Source: an uncultured delta proteobacterium (GTDB lineage Bacteria; Bdellovibrionota; FAC87; UBA2466). From it: a DNA stretch of 64,000 bases. Positions 1 through 8,298 of this stretch are shown piece by piece. The DNA lies in assembly GCA_963778115.1 (NCBI GenBank), contig CAVZSV010000004.1:2368001-2432000 (forward strand), written 5' to 3'. Position 1 is the stretch's first letter, and the number at the start of each line of letters is the position of its first letter. Made by a program: the position numbers and the translations under genes. The notes beneath the pieces were generated by a model, which worked only from the letters and a program-made list of their open reading frames with translations, was not told the DNA's origin and searched no databases.

Positions 1-834
1 TTCGGTATTCCCTTTCTGGGTTTGGTCTGTGGAGTCGGAATTTAGCTCAGGTAATTTAGCGGTCACAGGGGTTCGCGGGATGAATTGGCCAGTGGGAGCT
101 TCCGCAAACTGCGCGGGGTCGACATGGGCTAGCTGACTCGCTGAAGAATTTAGGATTCTGCCACTCGCTACGGTTTGAGAGGGGGCACCGCTGGCATTGG
201 ATGCGGATTCTAAACTTGACTTGATGGCATCGGGAACCCGACGACTTGCGACGGGAGTGGAATCTTCCATAAGAGTGGAACGATCCGCGAAACCAGGGGC
301 GGGTTGCGTCGGTAAGGTGACGTCTTGACTCTCCGTTTTCGCGTTACCATCCAAAGGAGTATGCGGAGTGAGTGCCCGTTTGGTGGCTTCGGCTAATTGG
401 TTTTGAACTTGGGCGTAATCGCTGACATCATAATTTCCGCTTCTTGCCGCTTGGTCGATCGCATTTTGAATTCTGCCTAATTCGTCGACCCTCTGTTGGG
501 CGGCATTAATGGCGTCCACGTTAGCGTGGTTATCGAACATTTTTTGCATCGCCTGCCCAGCCAATTCGATAGCGAGAAAAGCAGCTATTCCGGAGGCGCT
601 ACCTCCGCCAGAGGAAGCTTGAGCGGAACTTCCACCGTCGGTAGCGGCGACAGCTTGAGTCTGGCTACTGTCCGCGGCTGAGGCCGGGGAACTGGTATCT
701 TGTGTCGTCGCGGACGAAACCGCTGATTCCGAAGAATCGACGATCCCTTCAGCGTAGGCCACATCGGTAAACGAGAGAAAAAGGGTGGTTGAAACGACAA
801 ATCCAAGAAAGCTGGCAAGTAAAGCACGCGTCAT
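1..834 (-). CDS. Secreted low-complexity (Ser/Ala/Thr/Pro-rich) hypothetical protein, 3' end runs off the window
   Basis: Not in the ORF track because it has no stop in the window. Read manually from ATG at 834 (GTG at 840 possible): MTRALLASFLGFVVSTTLFLSFTDVAYA|EGIVDSSESAVSS..., open to position 1. Signal peptide with an AYA cleavage motif. Confidence 0.8.
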   Translation of the reverse strand, partial: MTRALLASFLGFVVSTTLFLSFTDVAYAEGIVDSSESAVSSATTQDTSSPASAADSSQTQAVAATDGGSSAQASSGGGSASGIAAFLAIELAGQAMQKMFDNHANVDAINAAQQRVDELGRIQNAIDQAARSGNYDVSDYAQVQNQLAEATKRALTPHTPLDGNAKTESQDVTLPTQPAPGFADRSTLMEDSTPVASRRVPDAIKSSLESASNASGAPSQTVASGRILNSSASQLAHVDPAQFAEAPTGQFIPRTPVTAKLPELNSDSTDQTQKGNTE

Positions 835-848
835 GGGCACTAGCAGTA

Positions 849-864
849 TGCACTTCCTTTGCCA
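849..864 (-). promoter_or_regulatory. Putative sigma54 (-24/-12) promoter
   Basis: Minus strand TGGCAAAGGAAGTGCA has GG-N10-GC spacing, just upstream of the 1..834 gene. Confidence 0.45.
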
Positions 865-1000
865 GTAGAGCGCTCAAAAATAGGCTATAAATTTTATATA
901 GTTATGATGGCACCTCCCCTACGGCGTGTATTCTTTTTGTATAGGGTTTGGGCGGGTGTGAAGGGGACATGCAGCGATGAGGCCCCACCTTGGCCCCTTG

Positions 1001-1855
1001 CTATAAGGTTCTTAAACTTCTCAAAATTTTAAGGTCTTTCCTATGTAACTCGTCATCCTCGCCCGGGTACGTTTCAATGCACATCGGGACTTTTTTGAAT
1101 CGGGGATCGTTGACCAAAGGTCTAAAACTGTCTTTGCCCAAAAAGCCTTTCCCAATATTCTCGTGGCGATCGACATGGCAGTTGAACTCTTTAAGAGAGT
1201 CGTTCAAATGGAAAGCGGCCATGCGTTTGAGCGATAGCAGGGAGTCAAATTTTCCCATCGTGCTTTCGTAGCCTTCTTGGGTACGCAAATCGTATCCGGC
1301 GGCAAAAGCATGCTGAGTATCGAAACAAAAGAAAATCCGATCGGGGGCGCCCGTTCCTTCGACAATATCACGCAGCTGTTCGAATTCGTGGCCGATGCAG
1401 CCCCCTTGACCGGCCGTATTTTCTAAAATGATTTTTGATTTAAATCCCGAACATGCTCTCAATACCTCTTTGAGCGAAAGACTTGTCGCTTTGACTCCGG
1501 CTTCTACGCCCGCCCCTAAGTGACTTCCCGGGTGCGTGACCAGCCCTTCGATACCTAAGGATTCACACCTCTCCATCGTCTCCACAAAATAGGCGACCGA
1601 TCTCTTTCGAACCTGGGGATTTGTCGTCGAAAGGTTCAGAAGATAGGAATTGTGCGCGATAACACTCTTAACGTATTTTGCCTTTGAAAACGCCTCGCGA
1701 AAGCGGACACGCTCTTGTTCTTCGAGCGGGGGAATTTTCCAAGTGCGGCCTGATTGCACAAAAATCTGAATGGCTTCGCACTTCATTTTCTCTCCGCGAT
1801 CCACGGAGAGAGAGATTCCTCCTGCAATAGACATGTGAGCGCCTAGAAGTGCCAT
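1001..1855 (-). CDS. nfo: Endonuclease IV (AP endonuclease family 2)
   Basis: GAHMSIAGG, HNSYLLNL, HPGS, ENTAGQG, CFDTQHAFAAGYD and HLNDS...DRHENIGKG zinc-ligand motifs. Confidence 0.95.
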   Translation of the reverse strand: MALLGAHMSIAGGISLSVDRGEKMKCEAIQIFVQSGRTWKIPPLEEQERVRFREAFSKAKYVKSVIAHNSYLLNLSTTNPQVRKRSVAYFVETMERCESLGIEGLVTHPGSHLGAGVEAGVKATSLSLKEVLRACSGFKSKIILENTAGQGGCIGHEFEQLRDIVEGTGAPDRIFFCFDTQHAFAAGYDLRTQEGYESTMGKFDSLLSLKRMAAFHLNDSLKEFNCHVDRHENIGKGFLGKDSFRPLVNDPRFKKVPMCIETYPGEDDELHRKDLKILRSLRTL

Positions 1856-1859
1856 GGGG

Positions 1860-2327
1860 TTACCAACGGTGATACGCCGGATGGCCGGGCTTCACGGCGA
1901 CAAAAGTTCCTCGGCAAGTCGCAGTCACTTTGCCGCGATAGCTGAGAGTTCCTTCGATGGTGGCGCGATCGGCTTTAGATTCGGTGACCCGTGCCGAGAG
2001 ATGCAAGGTCTCGTCAGTAGGGGTCGGCGCTAGAAGCTTTATGGAGTATTCGGCCGTCACCGTGCAGGGAGGGTGATCGGCTTTTGCCGTTTGCATCAGA
2101 TGCCACGCACTTGTCCAATTGCAGTGGCAATCGAGGAGACTGCCGATAATTCCACCATTTAAGATCCCGGGAAAAGCTTCGTGATGGGGTTCAGGCTTCC
2201 AGTCGGCAACCACTTCGCCGTCTTTAGCAAAACTGCGGACGTGCAAACCTTTAGGGTTCGAAGGGCCACAGCCAAAACAGGTGCTGTGAGCTGCATAAGT
2301 TTCTTGAAGACACAAAGCCTGCGACAT
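1860..2327 (-). CDS. PaaI/hotdog-fold thioesterase
   Basis: CFGCGPSNPKGL, GILNGGIIGSLLDC and TVTAEYSIKLLAPTP motifs. Start moved to ATG 2327 (MSQALC) to avoid the upstream-gene overlap. Confidence 0.85.
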   Translation of the reverse strand: MSQALCLQETYAAHSTCFGCGPSNPKGLHVRSFAKDGEVVADWKPEPHHEAFPGILNGGIIGSLLDCHCNWTSAWHLMQTAKADHPPCTVTAEYSIKLLAPTPTDETLHLSARVTESKADRATIEGTLSYRGKVTATCRGTFVAVKPGHPAYHRW

Positions 2328-2349
2328 AAGCGGCTCCCAAGTTATGTCA

Positions 2350-3096
2350 CTAGTGGGAGACAGGCAACGACTTAACCTTAACCCCTGCAATAGCGAGTTG
2401 TTGGTGGGGATGGCCGATGAGGCGGGTAACCGGCGAATCCACAGCGTGAAGCAAGCGTAAGGGAAGGACGAGTCCCAAGGCAACTTTTGAATTCTCTTGA
2501 TGGAAAATTCGGGTCGCGTTGTACACCGTTTGACTGATGAGTCCGCTGAGGTATTCCTGCTCCAAAATCTGAAGGCCGGCTTGTTGGAAACTAAGCGCCA
2601 GCGCTTCGGGAGTAAATCCGCGCTGCTCTTCTTTCGGCTTTTCTCTATGGTGATCTCGGTATTCGGCCGTCAATAGCAAGCGCCCTTCGGGTTTTAAAAG
2701 ATCGGTAAGTCGACTGATCCACTGTGAGTTGGCCTCCAAATAGGAGGTGGCATGCAAGCAGAGGATGGTATCAAAGCGCTCAAATCCCTTTTTTTTGGAT
2801 AACTCTAGCAATGTTGCGGCGTCGGAGCGAAAAAACTGAGCGCCTCGGATGCGTTGGGAACGGGCGGAGGATTCGGCATTTCGGATATTTGCCGCATCGG
2901 GATCAATTCCAAAAACTTCGTTGCCCAGGGCTGCCGCAAAAAGAGAAAAGCCTCCCGTTCCGCAATTGACGTCGAGGGTACGCAGCGGACCCGGACGTAA
3001 ATGTTTCCGGAGCCAACGCCACTCGTCGTAAAGCAGCGGGTCAGACTGTAGGCTAGTCTCTTTCCATCCCAAAAACTTAGTTAGGGTTGGGTGCAT
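2350..3096 (-). CDS. Class I SAM-dependent methyltransferase
   Basis: LDVNCGTGG motif I, GID motif II and LLKPEGRLLL. Likely start ATG 3096 (MHPTL). Confidence 0.8.
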   Translation of the reverse strand: MHPTLTKFLGWKETSLQSDPLLYDEWRWLRKHLRPGPLRTLDVNCGTGGFSLFAAALGNEVFGIDPDAANIRNAESSARSQRIRGAQFFRSDAATLLELSKKKGFERFDTILCLHATSYLEANSQWISRLTDLLKPEGRLLLTAEYRDHHREKPKEEQRGFTPEALALSFQQAGLQILEQEYLSGLISQTVYNATRIFHQENSKVALGLVLPLRLLHAVDSPVTRLIGHPHQQLAIAGVKVKSLPVSH

Positions 3097-3196
3097 AATT
3101 TGTGTCGAAAACAAAAGAATATCACAGAGTATAGAAGGTGTCGAAACTGCCTCTTTTCAAATAAACCCGGCTATGCAAGTGTAGCTTTCTTCTTGC

Positions 3197-3270
3197 GGGC
3201 GGTTAGCTCAGCTGGATAGAGCACATGGCTTCGAACCATGGGGTCAGGGGTTCGAATCCCTTACCGCCCA
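3197..3270 (+). tRNA. tRNA-Arg, anticodon UCG; CCA not encoded
   Basis: Acceptor stem GGGCGGT/ACCGCCC, D-arm GCTC/GAGC, anticodon arm CATGG-CT-TCG-AA-CCATG, T-loop GTTCGAATC. Followed by A-ATT, so no CCA. Confidence 0.95.
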
Positions 3271-3297
3271 ATTCCTTTCGCCGAAGGCGAAAGGAAT
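3271..3297. terminator. Perfect 12-bp hairpin after the tRNA, probable bidirectional terminator or processing stem
   Basis: ATTCCTTTCGCC-GAA-GGCGAAAGGAAT, located between the tRNA and a convergent gene. Confidence 0.6.
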
Positions 3298-3351
3298 GCT
3301 TAATGATTAATCTCAAGATTAATCTCAACCTAAATCCAAAGTGAATTTGAT

Positions 3352-4141
3352 TCATCCCTCTTCCCCCACCATCAAAGGAAACAGCACCTTTGTGGCGTTC
3401 GACGGGGTTATTAACATCATCTTCTTTCTCGTCCCTTCGAAGCATAGAGGTTCAGTCGATAGAGACTGACCCACAACGGGCGTGCCTACGTCGGCTCCCC
3501 CTTCTAGGGCGGGTCTTGCGAATTCGCTGAGGGTGGAAATATATCTCAGGCTCCGCTCCTGGAGAGCTTCAAAAAAATCTCTTTCCCCCTGCTTCGTAAA
3601 TTGAAGTGTTACCGCTTCGCCGTTTACAAAATCTTCCCACGTCCCTACACGGAATTGCGCGTCGATCTCTTTAGTAATTGAGACCATTCTCGCGTTTTCC
3701 GAGATATCGTCTGTCACAAACTCCCAATGAAGTCTCACGGAAACACTGGGGCCATCATGCCAAAAAACATAATCCTCGCGCCCCGGCGCGTTCTTTGCCC
3801 GGAATGGGCTCTTGGTTGAGGAGTTGGGCTCCTTGTTGCAAGATGGTCTCGGTTTCCGTTCTGCCATGCCCGTTGAGCGCAAGCTCCATTAGGTTCAAGG
3901 CGGGTTGTCTTACGGCTACCGCAAAAGATCGCTGTCCTAGCTGTGAAGAGACCGACATGGCGATCGCATCAGAGGAGAGCGTTTGTAGATATAGAGGATC
4001 GCCCGCCTCTCTTAGCTTTTGCACACAAACGCCATAAGAAACTTGGAACACAAGTCCCGGCACCGCCTGTGCGGAGGAAACGGCGAGTCCTAAGATAAGA
4101 CAGAAATAAAGGCTAACGGCTAAATTTTTCAAGGGCGCCAA
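3352..4141 (-). pseudogene. Secreted hypothetical protein split by an apparent frameshift near 3781-3784
   Basis: The signal-peptide ORF 3755..4141 and the protein-like part of ORF 3352..3882 (REDYVFWHDGPSVSVRLHWEF...) join if one G is removed from the GGGG run (cccc at 3781-3784). Confidence 0.55.
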
Positions 4142-4278
4142 GCTAACATTTTTTGAGATTTAGCTCAATGCAACATTTGCCCAGCCGCTAGTTACTTTTT
4201 GACTCCGCTCTTGCTCGCTTTGATACAATCGGTATGTAGAAAATTCCGAGCCGATCCGCTTCATTGGCCTTAAATCGA

Positions 4279-4294
4279 TGGCATCACAATTGCT
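4279..4294 (+). promoter_or_regulatory. sigma54 (-24/-12) promoter
   Basis: TGGCATCACAATTGCT is a near-consensus TGGCAC-N5-TTGCW, about 30 nt upstream of the ATG at 4325 (with an AGGAG RBS). Confidence 0.7.
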
Positions 4295-4324
4295 CTTCTG
4301 CAGGGTAACGACAGGAGACGTTCA

Positions 4325-4729
4325 ATGAAAAACCTACTGCTATTGGTTCCCTCTTTCATGGTAATCGCGGCCCTTTGGCTGGTGCCAAAACCTCAGGCGA
4401 CTTATTCCATTGATAGCTTGAGTCTAACGAGCGAGGACAAAGCATTCACTAAACCTCTCTATGCCGAGGGATCTTTTATAGGACAAGATGGAAATGCCTA
4501 CTACAGTCTAGGGGAGAATAACTATCAGAGCTCAGATGGCGATGTGTATTATGGGTACGGGCAAAATACGTATGTCGGATCGGACGGGGACACCACCTAC
4601 AACGGGCTTGGGGGCGTCGGAGGTGTCGGGGGACAGAGTGGACATAATTTTCCTCTCTCGTCCCTTCAGCGCGCTTTCAAGGGGAGTGAGCGCTTTCCGC
4701 AACCCCGGCTAGCCCTGGCGTTGCGCTAA
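4325..4729 (+). CDS. Exported small protein with three ~16-aa Asp/Tyr/Gly repeats; putative precursor or substrate of the adjacent HTTM system
   Basis: Hydrophobic N-terminus. Repeats EGSFIGQDGNAYYSLG / ENNYQSSDGDVYYGYG / QNTYVGSDGDTTYNGLG, then GVGGVGG. AGGAG RBS. Its stop overlaps the next start (TAATG). Confidence 0.75.
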   Translation: MKNLLLLVPSFMVIAALWLVPKPQATYSIDSLSLTSEDKAFTKPLYAEGSFIGQDGNAYYSLGENNYQSSDGDVYYGYGQNTYVGSDGDTTYNGLGGVGGVGGQSGHNFPLSSLQRAFKGSERFPQPRLALALR

Positions 4730-5217
4730 TGAATCTCCGTTTCCGTGTTTGGATGGCACTTGGTCTAATTCATCTCCTTCTTTCCGCTGTAGGCTCCTTT
4801 TGGGGCGAGCATTTTTCGATTCCGCTAAGTATTTACGGTTACTATACCGGTAGCGTCAGCAAACTCTCGTTCTTCGCGCCAGGAGTCGGCAGCCAACTTC
4901 GCGTTCGCTATCACGGAATAGACCCTAATGGCGTTGTTTCCGAGGGAAACCTTATTACGGGACGCGGAGAAACGGATCTTCGTATCGAAAAGATTATCGC
5001 AATGTTCTGGCGCAATAACCCTGCCGATGAATTACGCCGTTCTCTAGCCGCGTCGTGGGCCGGGAAAATCTTGGCAAAAAACCCGAAACTTCTCGCTGTG
5101 AGTATCTCTATAGACAGTTTCGATCTTCCTTCGATGTCACGATTTCGCAGTGGCCAAGAGGCTAAATGGATTCCTTATTATTTTGCCACTTTTAGGAAGC
5201 CGGAGGAGTCTGAATGA
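4729..5217 (+). CDS. SdpA/DUF5819-like membrane-anchored accessory protein
   Basis: N-terminal TM helix followed by an SFFAP motif, 162 aa, directly upstream of an HTTM gene. This matches the SdpA-SdpB arrangement. Confidence 0.6.
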   Translation: MNLRFRVWMALGLIHLLLSAVGSFWGEHFSIPLSIYGYYTGSVSKLSFFAPGVGSQLRVRYHGIDPNGVVSEGNLITGRGETDLRIEKIIAMFWRNNPADELRRSLAASWAGKILAKNPKLLAVSISIDSFDLPSMSRFRSGQEAKWIPYYFATFRKPEESE

Positions 5218-6137
5218 ATGGCGCATTACCCGGGGCGGTAGCGTCTCCACTTCGCAACCGATTCGCTCATGGGATCAATCGGGTGGAGTCTTTTTTTTCC
5301 GATCCTGCTTCAGCGCTCCCTCTAGCCGTTCTTCGAATTTTGGCGAGTTTAGTTCTTATTATCCAGGCTCTTTTATTGAGTCCCGACCTCTTCGAACTCT
5401 ATGGAAACCAAGGTTTGCTACAGGGACCTTTAAATAATTATCTCATTCCGGTCCTATCCCCCTGTGTTTTGTGGTTTCAGACGCTGCTAGCTCCCGCCGG
5501 GATTTCCCCAAACCAGACGGTGGCGGCTCTTTTCGTTTTTTACGTGGGGGCTTTGGGAACTCTGCTCATCGGATATCGCACAAGACTATCGGCGATCTTG
5601 GTTTGGTTTTTTCATTTTACCCTTATTTACAGTACAGGAAGTCTTTCTGCCTATGGGGTTGATAGCTTCGCGCATATCTTTCTTTTTTATTTCATGTTCA
5701 TGCCGGTGGGAGAGTCTCTATCCTTTGATGTTTTAAAGAAGGCCTCTTTGACGCGGTCTTCGTATCATCGGTTGGCACTTCGTCTTCTTCAATTCCATCT
5801 TTGCCTTGCTTATTTTGTGGCTGGAGCGGCAAAAGCATTAGGGCCGCAATGGAGGGACGGGGAGGCGATCTGGCGCGCCATGATGATGCCCGATTTTGCT
5901 CATGCGAACCTAAGCTGGCTAGCCGGGTTCCCTTGGCTAGCAAAAATGATCGCGTGGGGAACCGTCTTTTTCGAAACGACCTACCCGGTATTCGTTTGGC
6001 CCCGCAAAACTAGGGCGATTTGGATTACCGTCATAATTATGATGCATCTCGGTATTAGCGTCGTGATGGGCCTTAAGACTTTCGGGGCGCTTATGATTTG
6101 CCTGAATCTGGCACTTTTCGCTATTCCCGCGGAATAA
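5214..6137 (+). CDS. HTTM-domain / SdpB-like integral membrane protein (vitamin K-dependent gamma-carboxylase-like)
   Basis: LAVLRI, LLIGYRTR, YGVD, SLSFD, YFVAGAAK...QWRDGEA, FFE and MHLGI...MGL..F motifs across multiple TM helices. ATGA overlap with the upstream gene. Confidence 0.85.
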   Translation: MNGALPGAVASPLRNRFAHGINRVESFFSDPASALPLAVLRILASLVLIIQALLLSPDLFELYGNQGLLQGPLNNYLIPVLSPCVLWFQTLLAPAGISPNQTVAALFVFYVGALGTLLIGYRTRLSAILVWFFHFTLIYSTGSLSAYGVDSFAHIFLFYFMFMPVGESLSFDVLKKASLTRSSYHRLALRLLQFHLCLAYFVAGAAKALGPQWRDGEAIWRAMMMPDFAHANLSWLAGFPWLAKMIAWGTVFFETTYPVFVWPRKTRAIWITVIIMMHLGISVVMGLKTFGALMICLNLALFAIPAE

Positions 6138-6208
6138 AGCCAATGCCGTGACAAACAAGAAGGCGAAGCGCTGGCCAAGGGGCTTTTTTCTCGTTATAAG
6201 AACCTCAA

Positions 6209-6841
6209 ATGCCTTCGGTACTTCTCTATGTCGTTGTTCCGATCGCGGGATACCTGATCGGTAGCTTCCCGACCGGAGTTGTCTTAACTCGAAGAAAATA
6301 TGGAATCGATGTCCGCGAAATGGGAAGTGGCAATATAGGTGCCACGAATGTTACCCGAGTATTCGGGTGGTACGCGGGAGTTTGGGTATTGGTGGTCGAC
6401 TTTCTTAAGGGGTACGTTCCGGTCTGGGCGGTACACAAGTATTATGCGGGAAGCTATTGGCTCTGCTTTCTCGCAGCGATGTCATTAGTCTTGGGACACT
6501 GTTTTAGCCTGTTTCTCAAATTTCGTGGGGGAAAAGGGGTCGCCACGAGTTTGGGAGTTATCGTGGTGCTATTGCCCTGGGCGGCGGCAGTGGGGACAGC
6601 AGTCTACGCCGTGGTATTAGCGATTAGTCGAATTAGCGCTTTAGGATCTCTGGCGGGAATTACGGCGACTTGGATCTATCTTCTGATAGACGAGCCTCCC
6701 CGCCCCATTTCATTATTAATCATCGGCATCAGTGCAGTAGTAATCTTCCGCCATCGTTCTAACATTGAAAGACTGTGGCATGATATGAAAGAGCGGAAGA
6801 AGAAATCGAAGCGGCCATCAACCTCAGCGTCCAAACCGTAA
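6209..6841 (+). CDS. plsY: Glycerol-3-phosphate acyltransferase PlsY
   Basis: YLIGSFP, GSGNIGATNVTR, DFLKG, GHCFS..L.FRGGKGVAT and RHRSNIERL motifs. Confidence 0.95.
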   Translation: MPSVLLYVVVPIAGYLIGSFPTGVVLTRRKYGIDVREMGSGNIGATNVTRVFGWYAGVWVLVVDFLKGYVPVWAVHKYYAGSYWLCFLAAMSLVLGHCFSLFLKFRGGKGVATSLGVIVVLLPWAAAVGTAVYAVVLAISRISALGSLAGITATWIYLLIDEPPRPISLLIIGISAVVIFRHRSNIERLWHDMKERKKKSKRPSTSASKP

Positions 6842-6852
6842 AGGAAACCTCG

Positions 6853-8169
6853 ATGAAAACCAAATACGGATTGATTTTTCTATTAACGTTGCTAAGTCCT
6901 CTTGCCGTTAATGCCTCTAGCTCTCTTTTTAGTACCGACGCCAAAGCGGTCTTTAGCCATGCTCAGAAAACCCATCTCCCCGTTCTAATCGATTTCTTTG
7001 GAATATGGTGCCCGCCCTGTAACCAGATGGACGAAACCGTTTTCGATACTCCTGCTTTTGTTCAGAAGGCCGTGAAATTTGAGCTTCTTAAAGTGGATGT
7101 CGATCAGCAGAGTTCGTGGGCCTTAAAGGACAAATACAAAATAGGCGGATATCCCACCCTATTATTTACGGACTACAAAGGAGACGAAATCTATCGCGTC
7201 GTGGGTGCAAGGTCGCCTCAAGAATTTTTCCGTGTCATGGATATGGTCTTAAGTGCTAAAGCCAAGAACTATCGAGAGGCCTGCAAATCTAAAAATACCG
7301 ATGATCTGTGGCGTTGCGCGATGGCTTGTAGCGAGCGCAAAGACGATAAGTGTGCGCAACAGGCTTATCAAAAACTCGAGAAAAAGCTAGAGAAGGGAAG
7401 TGCCCGTTACGAATTGGCCAGGACCTATTTTGTCGAGAATGCGGAGAACAAAGATCTCAAGCGCGATGGTTACGAGCGTTTAATGACGGAATTTCCCGAT
7501 TCCCCGTTAGCACTGATTTGGGGCACTGAATATCTTTCCACGTTTACGGAAGGCCAACCTACGAAAGAGAAAAAGATGCTGCTGGAAAAGGTAGTGGGCT
7601 TTTCTCCCGGGATGATGAAGGATGCGCGGCGAGAAGAGGTAGGGATGGCGGAGACCGACGTACTTGAGCTAAGGGCCGAGATTTTGGGAAGGATCGGAAA
7701 ATTTGACGAATCGAAAGTAGTTTGGAAAGAGGCGGCTGACCGACTAGCGACTCTAACCTCTCAACTCCCGGCGGGAGTGTCGCCTCGCGGCTTTGCGATG
7801 GAGCGGGTGGAGTGCCTGGAGTCAGCCGGAGACGTTAATGCGGCGCTTAAGTTAGCCAACGAATTTCGGTCGCAATACCCCAAAGAGTTTACCTTCCACT
7901 TCTTGGCGGCCAGGGTTCTTCAGGACGCCAAACGTTTTCCCGATGCACTTCCGGTTGCGCAGCAGGCCTTTGATAACTCTTATGGTGATAATCGAATTCG
8001 CGCCGCTACCATGCTACTTGAGCTCTATGCCACGGTGCCCAATAAAGAAGCGGGGCGTAAAATTTACGAAGAGGTCATTAAAGATAAACGGCCCGCCACT
8101 TCGCTCGATGTACGCACCAACCGCTACTTCAAGAAGCTAGACTCCGCCTGGAAGAAACTAAACTCGTAA
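6853..8169 (+). CDS. Exported thioredoxin-domain protein with TPR-like C-terminal region
   Basis: Signal peptide, IDFFGIWCPPC active site, GYPTLLF cis-Pro loop, helical-repeat C-terminus. Confidence 0.85.
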   Translation: MKTKYGLIFLLTLLSPLAVNASSSLFSTDAKAVFSHAQKTHLPVLIDFFGIWCPPCNQMDETVFDTPAFVQKAVKFELLKVDVDQQSSWALKDKYKIGGYPTLLFTDYKGDEIYRVVGARSPQEFFRVMDMVLSAKAKNYREACKSKNTDDLWRCAMACSERKDDKCAQQAYQKLEKKLEKGSARYELARTYFVENAENKDLKRDGYERLMTEFPDSPLALIWGTEYLSTFTEGQPTKEKKMLLEKVVGFSPGMMKDARREEVGMAETDVLELRAEILGRIGKFDESKVVWKEAADRLATLTSQLPAGVSPRGFAMERVECLESAGDVNAALKLANEFRSQYPKEFTFHFLAARVLQDAKRFPDALPVAQQAFDNSYGDNRIRAATMLLELYATVPNKEAGRKIYEEVIKDKRPATSLDVRTNRYFKKLDSAWKKLNS

Positions 8170-8238
8170 TCATTCGGCACCAAGCCGGCGACGTCCATAG
8201 ACCCCCTCTAGCGGCGTCATCGCCTGCTAAACTCCTAA

Positions 8239-8281
8239 GGGCGTCACAATTGCTTAACTTTTGCGCGTAATAAGCCGATTA
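8239..8281 (+). promoter_or_regulatory. Adjacent sigma54-like and sigma28-like promoter motifs upstream of the histidine kinase
   Basis: GGGCGTCACAATTGCT (GG-N10-GC, 8239-8254) immediately followed by TAAC-N15-GCCGATTA (8255-8281). Confidence 0.5.
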
Positions 8282-8298
8282 CGGTTGGGGATCTCCCC

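Noticed and set aside
1860..2483. N-terminal extensions given by the ORF track (1860..2483, 23881..25050, 29405.., 59658.., 60254.., 62016..62480)
   Set aside because: They overlap neighbouring genes or precede clear RBS/signal-peptide starts, so shorter starts were used.
4325..4729. Calling the precursor SdpC or a double-glycine bacteriocin
   Set aside because: No SdpC-like hydrophobic C-terminal toxin with a Cys pair (the protein has no Cys), no immunity gene and no C39 peptidase transporter.
3197..6137. tRNA-anchored genomic island
   Set aside because: No integrase, and I saw no duplicated tRNA 3' end (att site) in the window.
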